Shown piece after piece: positions 26,383 to 32,000 of a stretch of DNA of 32,000 bases (position 1 is the first letter of the stretch; the number at the start of each line of letters is the position of its first letter). Where the stretch lies: assembly GCF_001481685.1 (NCBI RefSeq), contig NZ_CP006867.1, positions 840,001-872,000 of the forward strand, read 5' to 3'. The DNA comes from Ignicoccus islandicus DSM 13165. GTDB lineage: Archaea; Thermoproteota; Thermoprotei_A; Sulfolobales; Ignicoccaceae. The notes under the pieces were generated by a model. That model saw only the letters and a program-made list of their open reading frames with translations. It did no database searches and had not been told where the DNA came from. Both the position numbers and the translations under genes were made by a program.

Positions 26383-26511
26383 TTACACAATAGTCCATTA
26401 AACCTCATTTCCAATGATGCGCTACTCCAGTTCCGCGGTATCTCGTATCGATAGGAGCGAAGAAAGCCTACATTAACTATAGCTCAAAATCGAAGGAGGA
26501 GGACTGAGAAC

Positions 26512-27753
26512 GTGTTCCAGAAGATCAAGCCACCGGAAGGAGGGGAGTTCATAAAAGTCGAGGGAGGCAAGCTAGTAGTACCGCCTAACCCGATCGTACC
26601 TTACATAGAGGGAGACGGAATAGGCCCCGAAGTGGTCAACGCCGCTCGGAAGATGGTAGACGCTGCGGTTGAAACCAGCTACAAGGGCGAGAGGAAGATA
26701 GTATGGTGGAAGGTCTACGCTGGAATAGAAGCTGAGCCCATTTACGGCACCTTGCTACCCGAGGACACCCTTAACGCCATAAAGACGGCTAGAGTCGCCC
26801 TCAAAGGTCCCATGACCACCCCAATAGGTTCCGGTTGGAGGAGCGTCAACGTAGCTCTGAGACAGTTACTCGACTTGTACGCTAACATAAGGCCAGTCAA
26901 GTACATCAAGGGCATACCGGCTCCTCACAAATACGCCGACAAGGTAGACATTATAATATTCAGGGAGAACACTGAAGACGTTTACGCTGGAATAGAGTGG
27001 AAGTACGATAGCCCGGAGGCCGCGAAGATAAGGGAATTCTTGAAGAAGGAATTCAACATACAATTAAGGGAAGACAGTGGAATAGGACTCAAACCGATAT
27101 CTAGATTCGCTACTCGGAGAATAATGAGGGCCGCCTTGAACTGGGCCATAGAATACAACCGGAAGAGGGTTACCGTTATGCATAAAGGCAACATAATGAA
27201 GTACACCGAAGGATACTTCAAGATATGGGCGTTCGAGCTGGCGAAGGAGGAGTTCGGAGATAAGGTAGTGTTTGAAGAGGAGCTACAAGGAGGAGAGGTA
27301 CCCGAAGGGAAAATATTGGTGAACGATAGGATAGCCGACAACATGTTCAACCAAATAATAACCAGGCCTTGGGACTACGACGTAATAGTCACGCCCAACC
27401 TCAACGGCGATTACCTAAGCGACGCGGCAGCTGCTCTCGTAGGCGGCCTCGGAATAGCCCCTGGCGCTAACGTAGGCGACAACATAGGTATGTTCGAACC
27501 TATCCACGGTTCGGCTCCTAAGTACGCTGGTAAGAACGTAGCTAATCCAACCGCTACTGCTCTAAGCGCTGCAATAATGCTAGACTACATAGGTTGGCAC
27601 GAAGCGGCAGATCTATTAAGAAAGGGTATAGAAGAAACCATTGCTAGCCACAAGGTAACTCAAGACATCGCTAGGCATTTAGGAATAGAACCACTCAGCA
27701 CTACTGAATTCACCGAGGAAGTAATAAAGAACATAAAGAGGCTGGGAACTTGA
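26512..27753 (+). CDS. icd: Isocitrate dehydrogenase (NAD(P)-dependent)
   Basis: 413 aa; VPYIEGDGIGPEV, GPMTTPIGSGWRSVNVALRQLLDLYANIRPVKY, IIFRENTEDVYAGIEW, VTVMHKGNIMKYTEGYF, GDYLSDAAAALVGGLGIAPGANVG, EPIHGSAPKYAGKNVANPTA. GTG start. Confidence 0.93.
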   Translation: MFQKIKPPEGGEFIKVEGGKLVVPPNPIVPYIEGDGIGPEVVNAARKMVDAAVETSYKGERKIVWWKVYAGIEAEPIYGTLLPEDTLNAIKTARVALKGPMTTPIGSGWRSVNVALRQLLDLYANIRPVKYIKGIPAPHKYADKVDIIIFRENTEDVYAGIEWKYDSPEAAKIREFLKKEFNIQLREDSGIGLKPISRFATRRIMRAALNWAIEYNRKRVTVMHKGNIMKYTEGYFKIWAFELAKEEFGDKVVFEEELQGGEVPEGKILVNDRIADNMFNQIITRPWDYDVIVTPNLNGDYLSDAAAALVGGLGIAPGANVGDNIGMFEPIHGSAPKYAGKNVANPTATALSAAIMLDYIGWHEAADLLRKGIEETIASHKVTQDIARHLGIEPLSTTEFTEEVIKNIKRLGT

Positions 27754-28043
27754 AAGAGCTTCACTTGGCCTTCCTAATTTACGCTACCCAAATGGCTCCT
27801 AAAACCCAACTTGACGAGGTCCTGGCAGAGACCTTGGGCGTATTGATGGAAAACGAGGAGGATTTCGTTCACGCAGTTAAGTTGACTAAAATACTCGCAT
27901 TGGATTTGCAAATACTCGCGAAAGCGGCAGTAAAGGCCTTCGGCGAAAAGGCTTTAGAGTTCAAGGAAGTAATTGAGAAGGAGTTCAAGCAAGGAGAGCA
28001 ATGGGAAAGATACGTTAAGAGGTTTTCCTCCAAGGCGAGGTGA
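27750..28043 (+). CDS. Hypothetical helical protein, co-transcribed with icd
   Basis: 97 aa; overlaps the icd stop by 4 bp and the convergent nuclease gene by 29 bp. Confidence 0.5.
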   Translation: MKELHLAFLIYATQMAPKTQLDEVLAETLGVLMENEEDFVHAVKLTKILALDLQILAKAAVKAFGEKALEFKEVIEKEFKQGEQWERYVKRFSSKAR

Positions 28044-28680
28044 GTATTTTCACTATTTCCTTTGCCTTGCTCTCGCTTATTCCCTCAACCCTAGCCAGCT
28101 CGACCTCGCTCGCGTTGTAAACAGCTCTTACGCTTCCGAACCTAGATAAGAGCCTTTCCGCCAGGGCCGGTCCTATTCCGGGAAGACATTGGACCAAGAA
28201 CCTCTGCCAGTCCTCTAGCTTATTGAGCGGAGGTTTACCTTGGACCTTAACTGGCACTCTCCTCTTGTTACCCTCTTGCTCTCTACGTGTGAGGAAAGCT
28301 ATTACCCTAGCTGCGTCCTCTACGGTCGGAGCGTAGAGCACCCCTATTTGAAAATCGTATTGAAGAGAAGCTATTGCTGAGGGAACGCCGTGACCCGCCT
28401 TAGAGAACTTGAGCGCCCTCCAATCACCTTCTATTAGAAAGAATGGTCTTTCGAACGCCTCCTTCAACCTCTTAGCTTGGTCAAACAACCTTCCGTCCTT
28501 CAAGCTATTAATTAAGTCCCTAACGGTCTTCCTTTCTATTGCTACCTTCTCAGATATCACGTAATCGGCAACGGGCAGCTGCTCCCACGTTATTACTATT
28601 CCATTTTTCAAAAGCAACTTGGGGAGCTCACTATTCTTTTCCCTTATGTCGACGTAGATTCTAAGCAAGGGTCCTCGCAA
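28015..28680 (-). CDS. XPF/ERCC4-family nuclease with C-terminal helix-hairpin-helix domain
   Basis: 221 aa; ERKTVRDLINSLKDGRLFDQAKRLKEAFERPFFLIEG; LPGIGPALAERLLSRFGSVRAVYNASEVELARVEGISESKAKEI. Confidence 0.88.
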   Translation of the reverse strand: MRGPLLRIYVDIREKNSELPKLLLKNGIVITWEQLPVADYVISEKVAIERKTVRDLINSLKDGRLFDQAKRLKEAFERPFFLIEGDWRALKFSKAGHGVPSAIASLQYDFQIGVLYAPTVEDAARVIAFLTRREQEGNKRRVPVKVQGKPPLNKLEDWQRFLVQCLPGIGPALAERLLSRFGSVRAVYNASEVELARVEGISESKAKEIVKILTSPWRKTS

Positions 28681-29623
28681 TCCGCCTACTAGTCCTACCT
28701 AATAGTTTATTGATGAGTTCCTCTAAGCCAATTACCTTCGGTATTACGGCTCCGGCCGCGCCCTTATGACCGCCTCCCCTCCCACCTAATTCCTCAGCGA
28801 TGGAAGAGAGGAGCTCCGAGACGTCGAAGCCCTTCTTCAATATCCTCGGAGAGCACCTAGCGTATATCCTGTACTCGTCCTTCTCCTCCCTAATCACGTA
28901 TACGACGTCCAGGCCCAGCTGAACTAAGGTCCTCGCCGCGTCCCCCTCGTTAGCCCCTACGTAAGTAGCGCCTATCACGTAATCCTTAACCTTCCTATGA
29001 ACCAACCTCTCGCAAGCCTTAATCCTACTAATCCTTTTCGAAAGGTCCAGCTCCTCTTGGCTCTCTAGCAACTTAAACGCCGTTTCCAAGGACCCGGCTT
29101 GGGAGAGCCACTCCATTACGCTAAACGTTGAGCTCTTAGCTAACTTGAAGGCCTTGCTATCGTAAATTATTCCAGCCATTAACGCTTCGGCAACGTTCCT
29201 AGGTAGGTTAATTCCCTTGAGTTTGAGCACCTTCGCTATTACCTCCGATGTGGATGAGGCATCGGGATCTACTAGGAAGGGCTCTATGTCCCCGGTTACG
29301 TGGTGATCTATCCTATACGCTTCCTTCCCTTCTAGGATTACGTTCGGTAATTGCGAGAGGGAGGCAGTATCTAAGATAACTAGGACCTCTTCGCGCGGGA
29401 CCTCCTCCTTGAATTCCAGTCCAACGTGTTCCGCTAATCTCTTTCCCAGAGAGGAGAGTCCCCCGGGGGCATAGAACTCTGGGTCCCCTATTAACGAAAA
29501 CGGGGAAGCTGCGCCTACTGCATCTGGATCGGCGTGCCTGTGAACCACTACCGCGTACCTACTCCCCTTTAGTCTCTCCAGCAGTTTCACTCCTTTGCAG
29601 TAGTCTATCAAGCTCTCTTTCAC
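28661..29623 (-). CDS. DHH superfamily phosphoesterase (RecJ/NrnA-like)
   Basis: 320 aa; VVVHRHADPDAVGAA, VILDTASLSQL, IDHHVTGD, GIIYDSKAF, GGGHKGAAGA. Overlaps the preceding gene by 65 bp, so the true start may lie downstream. Confidence 0.8.
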   Translation of the reverse strand: MKESLIDYCKGVKLLERLKGSRYAVVVHRHADPDAVGAASPFSLIGDPEFYAPGGLSSLGKRLAEHVGLEFKEEVPREEVLVILDTASLSQLPNVILEGKEAYRIDHHVTGDIEPFLVDPDASSTSEVIAKVLKLKGINLPRNVAEALMAGIIYDSKAFKLAKSSTFSVMEWLSQAGSLETAFKLLESQEELDLSKRISRIKACERLVHRKVKDYVIGATYVGANEGDAARTLVQLGLDVVYVIREEKDEYRIYARCSPRILKKGFDVSELLSSIAEELGGRGGGHKGAAGAVIPKVIGLEELINKLLGRTSRRIARTLA

Positions 29624-29855
29624 CTTCGTCCAAGGCCTCTTCGACCAATCGATCGTAGTCTATTCTCAGTTTGGCTCCGCTAACGCCTAGATCCATTTCC
29701 ACGTTCTTGCCTTCTTCGCCTATCTCAATTGAAATGGTGAGGTCCAAGTCTTCTATTCTCGTTTTACCCTCTTTTTCTATTCTCTCTTCCACCTTTTGGG
29801 AGGCCTTCAGCAAGGCCTCTACTAACTTCTCAACCTCCTCCAATTGCACCTGCAC
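29559..29855 (-). CDS. Small DUF3194-like archaeal protein
   Basis: 98 aa; position next to prefoldin beta and the charged sequence DLDLTISIEIGEEGKNVEMDLGVSGAKLRIDYD are consistent with the family. Confidence 0.5.
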   Translation of the reverse strand: MQVQLEEVEKLVEALLKASQKVEERIEKEGKTRIEDLDLTISIEIGEEGKNVEMDLGVSGAKLRIDYDRLVEEALDEGERELDRLLQRSETAGETKGE

Positions 29856-30192
29856 CCATTACTTTATTCAATTCCTCCTTAAGCCTTTGAATTTCCTTCC
29901 TTATCATCTCCTCTTGCTTCTTGAGGCTTGCCAACTTTATTTCGAGCAACTCTATCTTATTTTCAACGTCCTTTATTGCCTCTTGTTTGGTTGTCTTGAC
30001 TAAGACGTGGCCTATGTTCCTAAATATTTCCGCGTCGTCCGGAAGCTTCTCAAGTTCTGATTTGACCCTCTTCAGCTCGTTGAGCTCAGCTTGGTAGAGG
30101 GTTAACTGCTGTACTACGTTCTCGTATAGCGCTTGTTGTTGTTGAAGTTGCGCTAGTAAGTTCTGGGCCTTGGGAGGTAAGTTCACGCTCAT
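29830..30192 (-). CDS. pfdB: Prefoldin beta subunit
   Basis: 120 aa; LPPKAQNLLAQLQQQQALYENVVQQLTLYQAELNELKRVKSELEKLPDDAEIFRNIGHVLVKTTKQEA, two coiled-coil arms. Confidence 0.92.
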   Translation of the reverse strand: MSVNLPPKAQNLLAQLQQQQALYENVVQQLTLYQAELNELKRVKSELEKLPDDAEIFRNIGHVLVKTTKQEAIKDVENKIELLEIKLASLKKQEEMIRKEIQRLKEELNKVMGAGAIGGG

Positions 30193-30425
30193 GGCCTATC
30201 CTCCACGGCCTTAAGGGCTTCGGAGGCACTATATATCCAGTACATAAACGAGTTAGCAGCAGCCCTAAGAGCGCTCACGTCCTTGGCCTTGATTACTATT
30301 CTCTTATCATTTGCCTCTAACTGAACTCTCGAACTTGTGGGGGGATGGGTTACCTCTGGCAGCAAGGCGGTGAACACTGCTTCGTCGCACACTTCAATCT
30401 CTACTTCGCCTATCCACTCTCGCAA
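30189..30425 (-). CDS. KEOPS complex Pcc1-like subunit
   Basis: 78 aa; ALLPEVTHPPTSSRVQLEANDKRIVIKAKDVSALRAAANSFMYWI matches the Pcc1 pattern. Confidence 0.7.
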   Translation of the reverse strand: MREWIGEVEIEVCDEAVFTALLPEVTHPPTSSRVQLEANDKRIVIKAKDVSALRAAANSFMYWIYSASEALKAVEDRP

Positions 30426-30948
30426 TCCTAATCACCGGACCGACTTTCAGGTTAGAACCGGAAGGCCGGAATATAACTTCGAACCCCCTTTCGTCCCTCT
30501 CAACGCTCGCTACTAAGTCCTCATCGCCTTCGCATTCGCCTAGGCCTAAGAGGTCCCTTAGGTTTCCTATGATTTCCTTCGTCTCTTCGTCTATAGCGTT
30601 TTCATCTATGCAAACTTTCTTAACATTGTAAACCCTCCTACCCGTTTCCGAGCTCAGGCTCAAACCCCTCAGAACTATTGTTCCTAATGGAACTAGTTCT
30701 ACTCCATCTACCGAGTAGACCTCTATTGAGTGGGGGTTCCCGTTTTTCTCTTTTACGATAATTACCCTCTCCGCTCCTAAGTCAGATGCTATAGAGCCGA
30801 GGAGCTCTAGCGCCGCTTTCCCTCTGCTCACTCTTTCCGAGTTCGGCAAGACGCTAGCCAGATCCTTCAAGAAAGTGCGCGTCCTCTGAGAGGGTTTGTG
30901 TGAGGTCGTTAGCAAGTACCTAACTCGTTGCTCCAATTCGCGTCCCAT
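30394..30948 (-). CDS. Brix-domain rRNA maturation protein (the ORF track start at 30981 is probably too long)
   Basis: RYLLTTSHKPSQRTRTFLKDLASVLPNSERVSRGKAALELLGSIASDLGAERVIIVKEKNGNP, then RRVYNVKK. A minus-strand TATA-like element at about 30996-31003 predicts transcription starting near 30974, favouring the internal Met (MGRELEQ). Confidence 0.75.
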   Translation of the reverse strand: MGRELEQRVRYLLTTSHKPSQRTRTFLKDLASVLPNSERVSRGKAALELLGSIASDLGAERVIIVKEKNGNPHSIEVYSVDGVELVPLGTIVLRGLSLSSETGRRVYNVKKVCIDENAIDEETKEIIGNLRDLLGLGECEGDEDLVASVERDERGFEVIFRPSGSNLKVGPVIRIARVDRRSRD

Positions 30949-31024
30949 TTCGCATCCCTTCAGTACGGTAATTAACAGCAATGAGGAGATCTTTCTATAA
31001 AAATAGATATCTGTTTTATGATTT

Positions 31025-31045
31025 ATTCACCATCCCATGGTGAAT
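31025..31045. repeat. Perfect 9-bp inverted repeat with 3-bp spacer
   Basis: ATTCACCAT-CCC-ATGGTGAAT in the non-coding region between the Brix promoter and the CRISPR leader. Confidence 0.8.
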
Positions 31046-31099
31046 ACCCATCTCCACCCCTTGTCCAAATTCACATTTCCATTTACTCACAATCAATTC

Positions 31100-31509
31100 C
31101 ATCATTTCCTCAACCTTAATCATTTACGAAAAGAAACAATGGTCTCCTTAAGCACCTTCAGTTTCTACCGGACTTCCCAATTGTTAATTCCATTTTAACC
31201 CAATCAATTATCATTGTATTTGCAAAAACAAACAAGATTTACCACTCTTGAGCTCAGACCATCAGTACAAGGCCCTTTCAAGATCGATCTTTACAATGAG
31301 AAGGAGCTTAGATGGGTTAATAAGCGATCATGGGAACTTTAATGATCATGGGGATTTCTACTCAAGCCTACCTTATATAAGCATATGCATGTATATATTG
31401 GACAACTACTTGAATTCAAGTTCTGAGAGGAAAGGTATGGTTGAGGAAAGGCAGATGAAGGGAAAGGGTTAAAAGATGGAGAATTAGTTGTTTAAATAGG
31501 AGGGCAACG
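31100..31509 (+). promoter_or_regulatory. Probable CRISPR leader region (upstream boundary uncertain)
   Basis: Non-coding sequence directly preceding repeat 1. It contains TATA-like TTATATAA (31373-31380) and TTTAAATA (31491-31498), a purine-rich tract at about 31420-31485, and direct repeats GATCATGGG at 31326 and 31344. Confidence 0.6.
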
Positions 31510-32000
31510 GTAGAGATCCAAGAGGGAGTGGAAAGCTAATCTTATTAGAGACGCGATTTCTTCGAATTCCCCGTAGAGATCCAAGAGGGAGTGGAAAGAA
31601 GATTTATGCGAATTCATAGCCTAATTCTTTTAAGAAGTAGAGATCCAAGAGGGAGTGGAAAGCAACCTCGATTTATTTTTTACGTTTTCTACGTTCTTTT
31701 ATGTAGAGATCCAAGAGGGAGTGGAAAGTTCTCTTTCTTCTTTTCCTTTAGCTCTTCAATTAGCAGTAGAGATCCAAGAGGGAGTGGAAAGCTTCTTCAT
31801 TTCTTCCTCCTTTTCTTTCAAGCCACGTAGCAGTAGAGATCCAAGAGGGAGTGGAAAGCAAACTCTCCCCGAATTCTTGCGCTTCGGTTGGGGTTCCCAT
31901 GTAGAGATCCAAGAGGGAGTGGAAAGATATGATAGCATATTACTCCATCTTCTTAGCTTCAAGAAGATAAGTAGAGATCCAAGAGGGAGTGGAAAGTCCG
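31510..32000 (+). CRISPR. CRISPR array, 8 repeats and 7 complete spacers visible, truncated by window end
   Basis: Identical 26-nt repeat GTAGAGATCCAAGAGGGAGTGGAAAG at 31510-31535, 31573-31598, 31637-31662, 31703-31728, 31766-31791, 31833-31858, 31901-31926 and 31971-31996; spacers of 37, 38, 40, 37, 41, 42 and 44 nt. Confidence 0.98.

Noticed and set aside
26383-26511. Possible C/D box sRNA (AATGATG ... CTGA) before icd
   Set aside because: The box C-like word is imperfect and the next CTGA is about 85 nt away, too far for a standard archaeal C/D sRNA; internal D'/C' boxes were not found.
28015-30948. XPF nuclease / DHH / prefoldin / Pcc1 / Brix cluster as a novel system
   Set aside because: Prefoldin beta, DUF3194, Pcc1, Brix and DHH genes commonly neighbour each other in crenarchaeal genomes; this is a conserved informational gene cluster.
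31248-31472. 74-aa ORF (MSSDHQYKALSRSIF...) ahead of the array
   Set aside because: It lies in the probable CRISPR leader, has low-complexity or repeated words (SDHGNFNDHGDF from the direct DNA repeat), no recognisable domain and no good upstream signals. A leader is more likely, although I cannot exclude a small protein.
31591-31830. 79-aa + strand ORF with repeated RDPRGSGK peptide, and the overlapping minus ORF 31756..31962 with STPSWIST repeats
   Set aside because: Both are translations of the CRISPR repeats. Repeat-plus-spacer units happen to stay in frame over a few units. They are not protein-coding repeats.
31510-32000. Idea that the window contains a complete CRISPR-Cas or a novel defence island
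   Set aside because: No cas1/cas2/effector, toxin-antitoxin, reverse transcriptase or recombinase signature is present. Everything left of the leader is conserved core-gene content, so any system would have to lie beyond the right edge.

Overview
The window looks like a chromosomal segment of a hyperthermophilic crenarchaeon. Desulfurococcales, possibly Ignicoccus-like, is an inference from protein content, TTG/GTG starts, TATA-like promoters and short gene overlaps. It is densely coded and mostly housekeeping or metabolic. The left edge carries the C-terminus of the V/A-type ATPase subunit I. This is followed by a four-gene 2-oxoacid:ferredoxin oxidoreductase operon, a PD-(D/E)XK nuclease-like gene, a peptide-type ABC transporter (two permeases and one ATPase), a TatD-like hydrolase, pelota, TldD and a zinc-ribbon protein. 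Next come two thioredoxin-fold proteins, CTP synthase, an isopentenyl-phosphate-kinase-like gene and a thrS-ed/wtpA-like/GHMP-kinase operon. A large CcmF-like heme lyase follows, then a 5-FCL-like/ZPR1/FeoA/membrane-protein cluster, a membrane-anchored phospholipase C/S1-P1-like protein, isocitrate dehydrogenase, an XPF-like nuclease and a DHH/DUF3194/prefoldin/Pcc1/Brix operon. The right edge holds a CRISPR array of at least 8 perfect 26-nt repeats that runs off the window. No cas genes are visible, and I found no convincing complete novel defence system. The observations most worth following up are a candidate structured ncRNA with a kink-turn/K-loop-like tip (about 25700-25775), the editing-type threonyl-tRNA synthetase with a degenerate catalytic region, the membrane-anchored PLC-like protein, the pyrimidine-rich CRISPR spacers with an organised leader, and a 38-aa hydrophobic ORF missing from the track.
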